A DNA stretch of 64,000 bases from Eledone cirrhosa (GCA_964016885.1 OZ024740.1:7130001-7194000); one strand, 5' to 3'; shown: positions 1 through 17,179, numbered from the stretch's first letter. The notes: generated by a model from the sequence alone, not told the origin. Numbers and translations: made by a program.

Positions 1-3000
1 CAGCTATGGTGAGGCCTATATTTCAAATCTGACCTGGAACTATTACGAGCTTTGGTGAGGCCTACATTTCACATCTGATCTGGGATTATTAAAGCTCTGG
101 TTAGGACTACATTTCACATCTGACCTTGGAATATTACTAGCTGTGGTGAGGTCTGCATTTCACATCTGACCTGGGACTATTTCCAGCTGTGGTAAGGTTA
201 CTTTTCACATCTGACCTGGGACTAATACCAGCTCTGGTGAGGCTTACATTTCACATCTGATCTGGGACTATTACCAACTCTGGTTAGGACTACATTTCAC
301 ATCTGACCTGGTAATATTATTAGTTGTAGTGAAGTATACATTTCACATCTGACCTGGGACTATTACCAGCTATGGTGAGGGCTACATTTCACATCTGACC
401 TTAGAATATTACCAGCTATGGTAAGGTCTAGATTTCAAATCTGACCTGGGACTATTACTAGCTGTAGTGAAGTATACATTTCACATCTGACCTGGGACTA
501 TTACCAGCTATGGTGAGACCTACATTTCACATCTGGCCTGGGTCTATTACCAGATATGGTGAGGCTTACATTTCACATATAACCTCAGACTATTACCAGC
601 TCTGGTGAGATCTACATTTCACATTTGACCTGGGATTATTACCAGCTGTGGTATGGTTTACTTTTCACATCTAACTAGGGACTATTACCAGCTCTGCTGA
701 GGCCTACATTTCACATCTGACTTGTGACTATTACCACCTCTGGTGAGGTCTACATTTCACATCTGATCTGGGACTATTATCAGCTATGGTGAGGTCCACA
801 TTTCACATCTGACCTGGGACTATTTCCAGCTATGGTGAGGTCTACATTTCACATCTGACCTGGGAATATTACCAGCTATTGTGAGACATACATTTCACAT
901 CTAACATGGGAATATTACCAGCTATTGTGAAGTCTACATTTCACATCTGACCTGGGACTATTACCAGCTATGGTGAGGTCTACATTTCCCATCTGACCTT
1001 GGACTATTACCAGCTCTTGTGAGGTCTACATTTCACATCTGACCTGGGATTATTACCAGCTGTGGTGAGGTCTACATTTCACATCTGACCTGGGAATATT
1101 ACCAGTTTTGGTGAGGTCAACATTTCACATCTAATCTGGGACTATTACCAACTCTGGTTAGGACTACATTTCACATATGACCTGGGACTATTACTAGCTG
1201 TGGTGACGTCTACATTTCACATCTGACCTGGGACTATTACGAGCTGTGGTAAGGTTTAATTTTCGCATGTGACCAGGGACTATTACCAGCTCTGATGAGG
1301 CCTACATTTCACATCTGATCTGGGACTATTTCCAGCTGTGGTAAGGTCTACATTTTAACATCTGATCCGGGAATATTACCAGCTATTGTGAGGCCTACAT
1401 TTCACATCTGACCTGGGACTATTACCAGCTATGGTGAGGTCAACATTTCACATCTACCTGGGACTATTACCAGCTATGATGAGGCCTATATTTCACATCT
1501 GACATGGAACTATTACGAGCTTTGGTGAGGCCTACATTTCACATCTGATCTGGGACTACTACAAGCTCTCGTTAGGACTACATTTTACATCTGACCTTGG
1601 ACTATTACTAGCTGTGGTGAGGTCTACATTTCACATTTGACCTGGGTCTATTTCCAGCTGTGGTAAGGTTACTTTTCACATCTGACTAGGGACTATTACC
1701 AGCTCTGCTGAGGCCTACATTTCACATCTGACTTGTGACTACTACCATCTCTGGTGAGGTCTACATTTCACGTCTGACCTGGGACTATTACCAGCTATGG
1801 TGAGGCCTACATTTCACATCTGAACTGGAATTATTACCAGCTCTGGTGAGGTCTACATTTCACATCTGACCTGGGTCTATTACCTGCTATGATGACGCCT
1901 ATATTTCACATCTGACCTGGGTCTAATACCAGCTGTGGTGAGGCCTGTATTTCACATGTGACCAGGGACTATTTCCAGCTATGTTGAGGTCTATATTTCA
2001 CATCTGACCTGGGACTATTACTATCTCTGGTGAGGCCTACATTTCACATCTGACGTGGGACTATTACCAGCTATGGTGTCGCCTACATTTCACATCTAAC
2101 CTGGAACTATTACCAGCTATGGTGAGGCCTACATTTCCCATCTGAGTGGGGACTACTACCAGCTGTGGTGAGGCCTACATTTCCTATATCTGACCTGGGT
2201 CTAATACCAGCTGTGGTGATCTTGGACTATTAACAGCTCTGGTTAGGACTACATTTCACATCTGACCTGGGACTATTACCAGCTGTGGTAAGATTTACTT
2301 TTCACATCTGACCAGGGACTATTACAGAGCTCTGGTGAGGCCTACATTTCACATATAACTTGGGACTATTACCAGCTATGGTGAGGCCTACATTTCACAT
2401 GTGACCTTGGAATATTACCAGCTATGGTAAGGTCTAGATTTCACATCTGACCTGGGACTATTACTAGCTGTAGTGAAGTATACATTTCACATCTGACCTG
2501 GGACTATTACCAGCTATGGTGAGGCCTACATTTAACATCTGACCTTGGAATATTGCCAGCTAAGGTAAGGTCTAGATTTCACATCTGACCTGGGACTATT
2601 ACCAGCTCTGCTGAGGCCTACATTTCACATCTGACCCGGGACTATTGCCAGCTATGGTGAGGCCTACATTTCATATCTGACCTAGGACTAGCTGAGGTCC
2701 ACATTTCACATCTGATCTGGGAATATTACCAGCTATTGTGAGGATTTCATTTCACATCTGACCTCGGAATATTACCAGCTATTGTGAGGCGTACATTTCA
2801 CATCTGACCTGGTGAGGTCTACATTTCACATCTGACCTGGGACTAGGTGAGGTCCACATTTCACATCTGATCTGGGAATATTACCAGCTATTGTGAGGCT
2901 TTCATTTCACATCTGACCTGGGACTATTACCAGCTATGGTGAGGTCTACATTTCACATCTGACCTGGGAATATTACCAGCTATTGTGAGGCATAAATTTC

Positions 3001-6000
3001 ACATCTGACCTGGTGAGGTCTACATTTCACATGTGACCTGCGACTATTACCAGCTATTGTGAGGCATACATTTCACATCTGACCTGGGACTATTACCAGC
3101 TATTGTGAAGTCTACATTTAACATCTGACCTGGGACTATTACCAGCTATGGTGAGGCCTACATTTCACATCTGACCTGGGAATACTACCAGTTTTGGTGA
3201 GGTCTACATTTCACATCTGACCTGGGACTATTACCAGCTATTGTGAAGTCTACATTTCACATCTGACCTGGGACTATTACCAGCTATGGTGAGGCCTACA
3301 TTTCACATCTGACCTGCGAATATACCAGCTCTTGTGAGGTCTACATTTCACGTCTGACCTAAGATTATTACCAGCTGTGGTGAGGCCTACATTTCACATC
3401 TGACCTGGGAATATTACCAATTTTGGTGACGTCTACATTTCACATCTGACCTGGGACTATTACCAGCTATGGTGAGGCCTATATTTCACATTTGAACTGG
3501 AACTATTACTAGCTTTGGTGAGGACTACATTTCAATCTGATCTGGGAATATTACAAGCTCTGGTTAGGACTACATTTCACATCTGAGCTTGGACTATTAC
3601 TAGCTGTGGTGAGGTCTACATTTCACATCTGACCTGGGAATATTCCTAGCTGTGGTAAGGTTACTTTTCACATCTGACCTGGAAGTATTACCAGCTGTGG
3701 TAAGGTTTAATTTTCACATCTGACCAGGGATTATTCCCATCTCTGGTGAGGTCTACATTTCACATCTGACCTGGGATTAATACCACCCATGGTGAGGCCT
3801 ACATTTCACATCAGATCTGGGAATATTACCAGCTTTGGTGAGGTCTACATTTCACGTCTGTCCTGGGACTATTACCAGCTCTGGTGAGGCCTGCATTTTA
3901 CATCTGACCTGGGACTATTACCAGCTATGGTGAGGTCTACATTTTAACATCTGATCTGTGAATATTACCAGCTATTGTGAGGCCTACATTTCACATCTGA
4001 CCTGGGACTATTACCAGCTATGGTGAGGTCTACATTTCACATCTGACCTGGGACTATTACCAGCTATTGTGAGGCTTACATTTCACATCTGACCTAGGAC
4101 TATTACCAGCTATTGTGAGGCCTACATTTCACATCTGACCTGGGACTATTTCCAGCTCTTGTGAAGTATACATTTCACATCTGACCTGGGACAATTACCA
4201 GCTCGGGTGAGGCCTGCAATTCACATCTGACCTGGACTATTACCAGCTATTGTGAGTCCTACATTTCACATATGACCTGCGACCATCACCAGCTATTGTG
4301 AGACCTATATTTCACATCTCACATGGGACTATTACCAGCTATGTTGAGGCCTACTTTTCACATCTGACCTGGGACTATAACCAGCTATGGTGTCGCCTAC
4401 ATTTCACATCTGACCTGGGACTATTACCAGCTCTGGTGAGGCCTACATTTCACATCTGACCTGCGACTATTATCAGCTCTTGTGAAGTCTACATATCAGA
4501 TCTGACCTGGGACTATTACTATCTGTGGTGAGGCTTACATTTCACATCTGACCTGGGATTATTACCAGCTATGGTGTGGCCTACATTTCACATCTAACCT
4601 GGAACTATTACCAGCTATGGTGAGGCCTACATTTCACATCTGAGCTGAGATTATTACCAGCTCTGGTGAGGTCTACATATCAATCTGACCTGGGCTATTA
4701 CCAGCTGTGGTGAGGCTTACATTTCACATCTGAGCTGGGACTATTACCAGCTCTGGTGAGGCCTACATTTCACATCCGACCTGGGACTATTACCAGCTAT
4801 GGTGAGACCTTCATTTCACATCTGACCTGGGACTATTACCAGCTATAGTGAGACCTACATTTTACATCTGACCTGGGACTATTACCAGCTATTGTGAGGC
4901 CTACATTTCACATCTGATCTGGGACTATTACCAGCAATAGTGAGGCCTACATTTCACATCTGACTTGGGACTATTATCAGCTCTGATGAGGCCTACATTT
5001 CACATCTGACCTGGGACTATTACCAGCTATGGTGACGCCTACATTTCACATCTGACCTGCGACTATTACCAGCTCTTGTCAGGTCTACATTTCACGTCTG
5101 ACCTGGGATTATTAGCGGCTGTGGTGAGGCCTACATTTCACATCTGAACTGGGAATATTACCAGTTTTGGTGAGGTCAACATTTCACATCTACCTGGGAC
5201 TATTACCAGCTATGGTGAGGCCTATATTTCACATCTGACCTGTAACTATTACGAGCTTTGGTGAGGCCTACATTTCACATCTGATCTGGCACTGTTACAA
5301 GCTCTGGTTAGGACTACATTTCACATCTGACCTTGGACTATTACTAGCTGTGGTGAGGTCTACATTTCACATCTGACCTGCGACTATTTCCAGCTGTGAT
5401 AAGGTTGCTTTTCACATCTGACCTGGGACTATTACCAGCTCTGGTGAGGTTTAAATTTCACATCTGATCTGGGACTATTACCAGCAGTGGTACGGTTTAG
5501 TTTTCACATCTGACTTGGGACTATTACCAGCTCTGCTGAGGCCTACATTTCACATCTAACTTCGGACTATTACCATCTCGGGTGAGGTCTACATTTCACA
5601 TCTGACCTGGGACTATTACCAGCTATGATGACGCCTATATTTCACATCTGACCTGGGACTATTACTATCTCTGGTGAGGCCTACATCTCACATCTGACCT
5701 GGGAATATACCAGCTAGTGTGAGGCCTACATTTCACATCTAACCTGGACCTATTACCAGCTATGGTGATGCCTACATTTCACATCTGAGCTGGGACTACT
5801 ATCAGCTGTGGTGATGCCTACATTTCACATCTGACCTGGGACTATTACCAGCTAGTGTGAGGCCTACATTTCACATCTAACCTTGAACTATTACCAGCTA
5901 TGGTGAGGCCTACATTTCACATCTGCGCTGGGAATACTACCAGCTGTGGTGAGGCCTACATTTCAATCAGATCTGGGACTATTAACAGCTCTCGTTAGGA

Positions 6001-9000
6001 CTACATTTCACATCTGACTTGTGACTATTCCCATCTCTGGTGAGGTCTACATTTCACATCTAACCTGGGACTATTACCATCTATGGTGAGGCCTATATTT
6101 CACATCTGACTTGTGACTATTCCCATCTCTGGATAGGTCTACATTTCACATCTGACCTTGGAATATTACCAGCTATGGTAAGGTCTAGATATCACATCTG
6201 ACATGGGACTATTACTAGCTGTAGTGAAGTATACATTTCACATCTGACCTGGGAACATTACCAGCTCTGGTGAAGCCTGCATTTCACATGTGACCAGGGA
6301 CTATTACCAGCTATGTTGAGGTCTATATTTCAGATCTGACCTGGGACTATTAACAGCTATTGTGAGGCCTACATTTCACATCTGACCTGCGACTATCACC
6401 AGCTATTGTGAGACCTACATTTCACATCTGACATGGGACTATTACCAGCTATGGTGAGGCCAACATTTCACATGTGACCTTGGAATATTACCAGCCACGT
6501 TAAGGTCTAGATTTCACATCTGACCTGGGACTATTACTAGCTGTAGTGAAGTATACATTTCACATCTGACCTGGGACTATTACCAGCTATGGTGAGGCCT
6601 ACATTTAACATCTGACCATGGAATATTGCCAGCTATGGTAAGGTCTACATTTCACATCTGACCTGGGACTATTACTAGCTGTATTGAAGTAAACATTTCA
6701 CATCTGACCTGGGACTATTACCAGATATTGTGAAGCTTACATTTCACATCTAACTTGAGACTATTACCAGTTCTGGTGAGGTCTACATTTCACATTTGAC
6801 CTGGGACTTTTAGCAGCAGTGGTACGGTTTAATTTTCACATCTGACATGGGACTATTACCAGCTCTGCTGAGGCCTACATTTAACATCTAACTTGTGACT
6901 ATTACCATCTCTGATGAGGTCTACATTTCACATCTGAGCTGGGACTATTACCAGCTATGGTGAGGCCTAAATTTCACATCTGACTTGGGACTATAACCAG
7001 CTCTGGTGAGGCCTTCATTTCACATCTGACCTGGGACTATTACCAGCTATGGTGAGGTCTACATTTCATATCTGACCTGGGAATATTACCAGCTATTGTG
7101 AGGCATACATTTCACATCTGACCTGGTGAGGTCTACATTTCACATCTGACTTGGGACTAGGCGAGTTCCACATTTTACATCTGATCTGGGAATATTACCA
7201 GCTATTGTGAGGCCTTCATTTCACATCTGACCTGGGACTATTACCAGCTATGGTGAGGTCTACATTTCACATCTGACCTTGGAATATTACCAGCTATTGT
7301 GAGGCATACATTTCACATCTGACCTGGTGAGGTCTACATTTCACATCAGACCTGGGACTTTTACCAGCTATTGTGAGGCATACATTTCACATCTGACCTG
7401 GGACTATTACCAGCTATTTTGATGTCTATATTTCACATCTGACCTGGGAATATTACCAGCTATGGTGAGGCCTATATTTCACATCTGACCTGGAATATTA
7501 CCAGTTTTGGTGAGGTCTGCATTTCACATCTGAACTGGGACTATTACCAGCTATTGTGAAGTCTACATTTCACATCTGACTTGGGACTATTACCAGCTAT
7601 GGTGAGGCATACATTTCACATCTGACCTGCGACTATTACCAGCTCTTGTGAGTCTATATTTCACGTCTGACCTGGGATTATTACCAGCTGTGGTGAGGCC
7701 TACATTTCGCATCTGACCTGGGAATATTACCAGTTTTGGTGAGGTCTACATTTCACATCTGACCTGGGACTATTACCAGCTATGGTGAGGCCTATATTTC
7801 ACATCTAACCTGGAACTATTACTAGCTTTGGTGAGGCCTACATTTCAATCTGATCTGGGATTATTACAGGCTGTGGTGAGGTCTACATTTCACATCTGAC
7901 GTGGGACTATTACCAGCTGTGGTAAGGTTACTTTTCACATCTGACCCGGGACTATTACCAGCTCTGGTGAGGCCTACATTTAACATCTGATCTGGAACTA
8001 TTACCAGCTGTGGTAAGGTTTACTTTTCACATCTGACCAGGGACTATTCCCATCTCTGGTGAGGTCTACATTTCACATCTGACCTGGGATTAATACCACC
8101 CATGGTGAGGCCTACATTTCACATCAGACCTTGGAATATTACCAGCTATGGTAAGGTCTAGATTTCACATCTGACCTGAGACTATTACCAGCTAGGGTGA
8201 GGTCTACAATTTAACATCTGATCTGGGAATATTACCAGCTATTGTGAGACCAACATTTCACATTTGACCTGGGACTATTACCAGCTATGGTGAGGTCTAC
8301 ATTTCACATCTGACCTGGGACTATTACCAGCTATTGTGAAGTCTACATTACAGATCTGACCTGGGACTATTACTATCTCTGGTGAGGCCTACATTTCACA
8401 TCTGACCTGGGACTATTACCAGATATAGTGAAGTCTACATTTCACATCTAACCTGGGACTATTATCAGCTCTGGTGAGGCCTACATATCACATCTGACCT
8501 GGAGATATTACCAGCTATGGTGATGCCTACATTTCACATCTGACCTGGGACTATTACCAGCTCTGGTGAGGCCTACATTTCACATATGACCTGCGACTAT
8601 GATCAGCTCTTGTGAAGTCTACATTACAGATCTGACCTGGGATTATTACTATCTCTGGTGAGGCCTACATTTCACATCTGACCTGGCACTATGACCAGCT
8701 ATGGTGAGGCCTACATTTCAAATCTAACCTGGAAATATTAGCAGCTATGGTGAGGCCTACATTCCACATTTGATCTGGGACTATTACCAGCTCTGGGGAG
8801 TTCTATATTTCACATCTGACCTGGGACTATTACCAGCTGTGGTGAGGCCTACATTTCACATCTGAGCTGGGATTATTACCAGCTATGTTGAGGTCTACAT
8901 TTCATAACCTGACCTGGGTCTATTACCAGCTATTGTGAGGCCTACATTTCACATCTGACCTGGGACTATTACCAGCTATGGTGAGGCCTACATTTCACAT

Positions 9001-12000
9001 CTGACCTGGGATTATTACCAGCTGTGGTAAGGTTTATTTTTACATCTGACCAGGGACTATTACCAGCTCTGGTGAGGCCTAAATTTCACAGCTGACTGGT
9101 GACTATTCCCATCTCTGCTGAGGTCTACATTTAACATCTGACCTGGGACTATTACCAGCTATGGTGAGGCCTACATTTCACATCTGACCTTGGAATATTA
9201 CCAGCTATGGTAAGGTCTAGATTTCACATCTGACCTGGGACTATTACTAGCTGTAGTGAAGTATTCATTTCACATCTGACCTGGGACAATTACCAGCTAT
9301 GGTGACGCCTACATTTCACATCTGACCGGGGAATATTACCAGCTCTGGTGAGGCCTACATTTCACATCTGATCTGCGACTATTATCAGCTTTTGTGAAGT
9401 ATACATTTCAGATCTGACCTGGGACTATTACTATCTCTGGTGAGGCCTACATTTCACATCTGACCTGGGACTATTACTAGCTATTGTGAGGCCTACATTT
9501 CACGTCTAACCTGGAACTATTACCAGCTACGGTGAGGCCTACATTTCACATCTGAGCTGGGATTATTACCAGCTATGGTGAGGTCTACATTATAACATCT
9601 GATCTGGGAATATTACCAGCTATTGTGAGGCCTACATTTCACATCTGACCTGGGACTATTACTATCTCTGGTGAGGCCTACATTTCACATCTGACCTGGG
9701 ACTATTACCAGCTATGGTGAGGCCTACATTTCACATCTAACCTGGAAATATTACCAGCTATGGTGATTCCACATTTGAGCTGGGACTATTACCAGCTCTG
9801 GGGATTCTACATTTCACATCTAACCTGGGACTATTACCAGCTGTGGTGAGGCCTACATTTCACATCTGAGGTGGGATTATTACCAGCTATGTTGAGGTCT
9901 ACATTTTATAACCTGACCTTGGTCTATTACCAGCTATTGTGAGGCCTACATTTCACATCTGACCTGGGACTTTTACCAGCTTTGGTGAGGCCTACATTTC
10001 ACATCCGACCTTGGAATATTACCAGCTATGGTAAGGTCTAGATTTCACATCTGATCTGGGACTATTACTAGCTGTAGTGAAGTATACATTTCAATCTGAC
10101 CTGGGACAATTACCAGCTCTGGTGAGGCCTGCATTTCACATCCGACCTGGGACTATTACCAGCAATGGTGTGGCCTACATTTCACATCTGATCTGGGACT
10201 ATTACCAGCTATGATGAGGCCTACATTTCACATCTAACCTGGAACTATCACCAGCTATGGTGAGGCCTACATTTCACATCTGAGCTGGGATTATGACCAG
10301 CTCTGGTGAGGTCTACATATCACATCTGACCTAGGACTATTACCAGCTCTGGTGAGCCCTATATTTCACATCCGACCTGGGACTATTTCCAGCTATGGTG
10401 AGACCTTCATTTCAGATCTGACCTGGGACTATTACCAGCTATAGTGAGGCCTACATTTTACATCTGTCCCGGGACTATTACCAGCTATTGTGAGGCCTAC
10501 ATTTCACATCTGACCTGGGACTATTATCAGCTCTGATGAGGCCTACATTTCACATCTGACCTGGGACTATTACTAGCTATGGTGACGCCTACATTTCACA
10601 TCTGACCTGGTACTATTTCCAGCTCTGGTGAGGCCTATATTTCAAATGTGACCTGCGACTATTACCAGCTTTTGTGAGGTCTACATTTCACGTCTAACCT
10701 GGGATTATTACTAGCTATGGTGAGGTCTACATTTCACATCTGACCTGGGACTATATCCAGCTGTGATAAAGTTTCTTTTCACATCTGACCTGGGACTATT
10801 ACCAGCTCTGGTGAGGTCTACATTTCACATCTGACCTGGGTCTATTTCCAGCTATTGTGAGGCATACATTTCACATCTGACCTGGGACTATTTCCAGCTA
10901 TGGTGAGGCCTATATTTCACATATGACCTGGAACTATTACCAGCTTTGGTGAGGCCTACATTTCAATCTGATCTGGGACTATTACAATCTCTGTTTAGGA
11001 CTACATTTCACATCTGAGCTTCGACTATTACTAGCTGTGGTGAGGTCTACATTTCACATCTGACCTGGGACTATTACCAGCTGTGGTAAGGTTACTTTTC
11101 AATCTGACCTGGGACTATTACCAGCTCTGGTGAGGCCTACATTTCACATTTGATCTGGGACAATTTCCAGCTATTGTGAGACATACATTTCACATCTGAC
11201 ATGGGACTATTATCAGCTATAATGAGGCCTACATTTCACATCTAACCTGGAAAAATTACCAGCTATGGTGAGGCCTACATTTCACATCTAACCTGGAAAA
11301 ATTTCCAGCTATGGTGAGGCCTACATTCCACATCTGAGCTGGGAATATTACCAGCTCTGGGGAGTTCTACATTTCACATCTGACTTGGGACTATTACCAG
11401 CTGTGGTGAGGCCTACATTTCACGTCTGAGCTGGGAGTATTACCAGCTCTGGTGAGGCCAAAATTTCACATCCGACATGGGACTATTACCAGCTCTGGTG
11501 AGGTCTACATTTCACGTCTGACCTGGGATAATTACCAGCTATGGTGAGCCCTACATTTCACATCTGACCTGGGACTATTACTAGCTATGTTGAGGTCTAC
11601 ATTTCACACCTGACCTGGGACTATTCCAGCTATTGTGAGGCCTACATTTCACAACTGACCTGGGACTATTACCAACTATGGTGAGGCCTACATTTCACAT
11701 CTGATCTGCGACTATTACCAGCTCTCGTGAGGTCTACATTTCACATCTGACCTGGGACTATTACTAGCTGTAGTGAAGTATACATTTCACATCTGACCTG
11801 GGACAATTACCAGCTCTTGTGAGGCCTGCATTTCACATCTGACCTGGGACTATTACCAGCTATGGTGAGGTCTACATTTTAGCATCTGATCTGGGACTAT
11901 TACCAGCTATTGTGAGGCCTACATTTCACATCTGACCTGCGACCATCACCAGCTATTGTAAGACCTACATTTCACATCTGACATGGGACTATTACCAGCT

Positions 12001-15000
12001 ATGGTGAGGCCTACATTTCACATCTGACCTGCGACTATTATCAGCTCTTGTGAAGTCTACATTTCAGATCTGACCTGGGTCTATTACTGTCTCTGGTGAG
12101 GCCTACATTTCACATCTGACCTGGGACTATTACCAGCTATGGTGAGGCCTATATTTCACATCTGACCTGGAACTATTACGAGCTTTGGTGAGGCCTACAT
12201 TTCACATCTGATCTGGAACTGTTACAAGCTCTGGTTAGGACTACATTTCACATCTGACCTTGGACTATTACTAGCTGTGGTGAGGTCTACATTTCACATC
12301 TGACCTGGGACTATTTCCAGCTGTGATAAGGTTACTTTTCACATCTGACCTGGGACTATTACCAGCTCTGGTGAGGTTTAAATTTCACATCTAATCTGGG
12401 ACTATTACCAGCAGTGGTACGGTTTACTTTTCACATCTGACTTGGGACTATTACCAGCTCTGCTGAGGCCTACATTTCACATATAACTTGTGACTATTAC
12501 CATCTTGGGTGAGGTCTACATTTCACATCTGACCTGGGACTATTATCAGCTATGGTGAGGCCTACATTTCACATCTGACCTGGGACTATTTCCAGCTATG
12601 GTGAGGCCTACATTTCATATCTGACCTGGGACTATTATCAGCTATGGTGAGGTCCACATTTCACATCTGATCTGGGAATATTACCAGCTATTGTTAGGCC
12701 TTCATTTCACATCTGACCTGGGACTATTACCAGCTCTGGTGAGGTCTACATTTCACATCTGACCTGGGAATATTACCAGATATTTTGAGGCATACATTTC
12801 ACATCTGACCTGGGACTATTTCCAGCTATTGTGAGGCCTACATTTCACATCTGACCTGGGACTATTTCCAGCCATGGTGAGGCCTACATTTCACATCTGA
12901 CCTGGGACTATTACCAGCTCTGGTGAGGCCTATATTTCACATCTGACCGGGGACTATTACCAGCTCTGGAGAGGCCTATATTTCACATCTGACTTGTGAC
13001 TATTCCCATCTCTGGATAGGTCTACATTTCACATCTGACCTGGGACTATTACCAGCTATGGTGAAGCATACATTTCACATCTGACCTTTGTATATTACCA
13101 GCTATGTTGAGGTCTATATTTCACATCTGACCTGGGACTATTACCAGCTATTGTGAGGCCTACATTTCACATCTGACCTGCGACTATCACCAGTTATTGT
13201 GCGACCTACATTTCACATCTGACATGGGACTATTACCAGCTATGGTGAGGCCTAAATATCACATCTGACCTGGGACTATTACCAGCTCTGCTGAGGCCTA
13301 AATATCACATCTGACCTGGGACTATTACCAGCTATGATGACGCCTATATTTCACATCTGACCTGCGACTATTACTCTCTCTGGTGAGGCCTACATTTCAC
13401 ATCTGACCTGGGACTATACCAGCTAGTGTGAGGCCTACATTTCACATCTAACCTGGAAATATTACCAGCTATGGTGAGGCCTACATTTCACATCTGACCT
13501 GGGACTACTATCAGCTTTCGTGAGGCCTAAATTTCATATCTGACCTGGATCTAATACCAGCTACGATGACGCCCATATTTCACATCTGACCTGGGACTAT
13601 TACTATCTCTGGTGAGGCCTATATTTCACATCTGACCTGGGACATTTACCAGCTAGTGTGAGGCCTACATTTCACATCTAACCTGGCACTATTACCAGCT
13701 ATGGTGAGGGCTACATTTCACATCTGCGCTGGGACTACTACCCAGCTGTGGTGAGGCCCACATTTCAATCTGATCTGGGACTATTAACAGCTCTGGTTAG
13801 GACTACATTTCACATCTGACCTGGGACTATTACCAGCTGTGGTAAGATTTACTTTTAACATCTGACCAGGGACTATTACTAGCTCTGGTGAGGCCTACAT
13901 TTCACATATGACTTGTGACTATTCCCATCTCTGGTGAGGTCTACATTTCACATCTAACCTGGGACTATTACCAGCTATGGTGAGGCCTACATTTAACATC
14001 CGACCATGGAATATTGCCAGCTATGGTAAGGTCTAGATTTCACGTCTGAAATGGGACTATTACTAGCTGTAGTGAAGTATACATTTCACATCTGACCTGG
14101 GACTATTACCAGATATTGTGAGGCTTACATTTCACATCTAACCTGAGACTATTACCAGCTCTGGTGAGGTCTACATTTCACATCTGACCTGGGACTATTA
14201 GCAGCAGTGGTACGGTTTAATTTTCACATCTGACTTGGGATTATTACCAGCTCTGCTGAGGCCTACATTTCACATCTAACCTGTGACTATTACCATCTCT
14301 GGTGATGCCTTCATTTCACATCTGATCTGGGAATATTACCAGCTATTGTGAGGCCTTCATTTCACATCTGACCTGGGACTATTAGCAGCTATGGTGAGGC
14401 CTACATTTCACATCTTACCCGGGACTATTGCCAGCTATGGTGAGGCCTACATTTCACATCTGACCTGGTGAGGTCTACGTTACACATCTGACCTGGGACT
14501 AGGTGAGGTCCACATTTCACATCTGATCTGGGAATATTACCAGCTACTGTGAGGCCTTCATTTCACATCTGACCTGGGACAATTACCAGCTATGGTGAGG
14601 TCCACATTTCACATCTGATCTGGGAATATTACCAGCTATTGTGAGGCCTTCATTTCACATCTGACCTGGGACAATTACCAGCTATGGTGAGGTCTACATT
14701 TCACATCTGACCTGGGAATATTACCAGCTATTGTGAGGCATACATTTCACATCTGACCTGGTGAGGTCTACATTTCACATCTGACCTGGGACTAGGTGAG
14801 GTCCACATTTCACATCAGATCTGGGAATATAACCAGCTATTGTGAGGCCTTCATTTCACATCTGACCTGGGACTATTACCAGCTATGGTGAGGCCTACAT
14901 TTCACATCTGACCCGGGACTATTGCCAGCTATGGTGAGGCCTACATTTCATATCTGACCTGGGACTAGGTGAGGTCCACATTTCACATCTGATCTGGGAA

Positions 15001-17179
15001 TATTACCAGCTATTGTGAGGCCTTCATTTCACATATGACCTTGGACAATTACCAGCTATGGTGAGGTCTACATTTCACATCTGACCTGGGAATATTACCA
15101 GCTATTGTGAGGCATACATTTCACATCTGACCTGGTGAGGTCTACATTTCACATCTGACCTGGGACTTTTACCAGCTATTGTGAAGCATACATTTCACAT
15201 CTGACCTGGGACAATTAACAGCTGTTTTGAAGTCTACATTTCACATCTAACCTGGGACTATTACCAGCTATGGTGAGGCCTACATTTCACATCTGACCTG
15301 GGAATATTACCAGTTTTGGTGAGGTCTACATTTCACATCTCACCTGGGACTATTACTAGCTTTGGTGAGGCCTACATTTCAATCTGATCTGGGACTATTA
15401 CCAGCTATTGTGAAGTCTACATTTCACATCTGACCTGGGACTATTACAAGCTCTGGTTAGGACTACATTTCACATCTGACCTGGGACTATTACCAGCTGT
15501 GGTAAGGTTACTTTTCACATCTGATCTGGGACTATTCCGATCTCTGGTGAGGTCTACATTTTACATCTGACCTGGGATTAATGCCACCCATGGTGAGGCC
15601 TACATTTCACATCTGACCTGGGGCTATTACCAGCCCTGGTGAGACCTACATTTCACATCTGACCTGGAGAAATTACCAGCTATGGTGACGCCTACATTTC
15701 ACATCTGACCTGGGACAATTACCAGCTCTGGTGAGGCCTACATTTCACATATGACCTGCGACTATTACCAGCTATTGTGAAGTCTACATTAAAGATCTGA
15801 CCTGGGACTATTACTATCTCTGGTGAGGCCTACATTTCACATCTGACCTGGGACTATTACCAGCTATGGTGAGGCCAACATTCCACATTTGAGCTGGGAC
15901 TATTACCAGCTATGTTGAGGTCTACATTTCATAACCTGACCTGGGTCTATTACCAGCTATTGTGAGGCCTACATTTCACATCTGACCTAGGACTATTACC
16001 AGCTATGGTGAGGCCTACATTTCACATCTGACCTGGGATTATTACCAGCTCTGGTGAGGCCTACATTCCACATCTGACCTGGGACTATTTCTAGCTGTGG
16101 TAAGGTTTATTTTCACATCTGACCAGGGACTATTACCAGCTCTGGCGAGGCCTATATTTCATAGCTGACTGGTGACTATTCTCATCTGTGGTGAGGCCTA
16201 CATTTCACATCTGACCTTGGAATATTAATAGCTATGGTAAGGTCTAGATTTCACATCTGACCTGGGACTATTACTAGCTGTAGTGAAGTATACATTTCAC
16301 ATCTGACCTGGGACAATTACCAGCTCTGGTGAGGCCTGCATTTCACATCTAACCTGGGACTATTACCAGCTATGGTGACGCCTACATTTCACATCTGACC
16401 TGGGACTATTACCAGCTCTTGTGAGGTCTACATTTCACGTCTGACCTGGGATTATTACTAGCTGTGGTGAGGTCTACATTTCACATCTGACCTGGGACTA
16501 TTTCCAGCTGTGAGAAGGTTACTTTTCACATCTGACCTGGGACTATTACCAGCTCTGGTTAGGACTACATTTCACATCAGAGCTTGGACTATTACTAGCT
16601 GTGGTGAGGTCTACATTTCACATCTGACCTGGGATTATAACCAGCTGTGGTGAGGTCTACATTTCACATCTGACCAGGGAATATTACCAGCTATTGTGAG
16701 GTCTACATTTCACATCTGACCTGGGACTATTACCAGCTATGGTGAGGCCTATATTTCACATATGACCTGGAACTATTACCAGCTCTGGTGAGGCCTACAT
16801 TTCACATCTGATCCGGGACTATTACCAGCTATGGTGCGGCGTACATTTCACATTTGACCTGGGACAGTTATCAGCTATGGTGAGGTCTACATTTCAATAT
16901 GACCTGGGACTATTACCAGCTATTGTGAGACTTACATTTCACATCTGACATGGGACTATTACCAGCTATGGTGAGGCCTATATTTCACATCTGACCTGGG
17001 ACTATTACCATCTATGGTGACGCCTACATTTCACATCTGACCTGGGACTATTACCAGCTCTGGTGAGACCTACATTTCACATCTGACCTGCGACTATTAT
17101 CAGCTATAGTGAGGCCTACATTTCACATCTAACCTGGAAAAATTACCAGCTATGGTGAGGCCTACATTCCACATCTGAG

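Noticed and set aside
1291-1320. Hammerhead ribozyme core (CTGATGAGGCC here and near 4983, 10533 and 59156; consensus CTGGTGAGGCC), as in newt or schistosome satellites
   Set aside because: The required downstream GAAA is not on this strand (it reads TTTC), and the opposite strand lacks CUGANGA. No three-stem junction can be drawn, and CTGATGA is a rare single-base variant.
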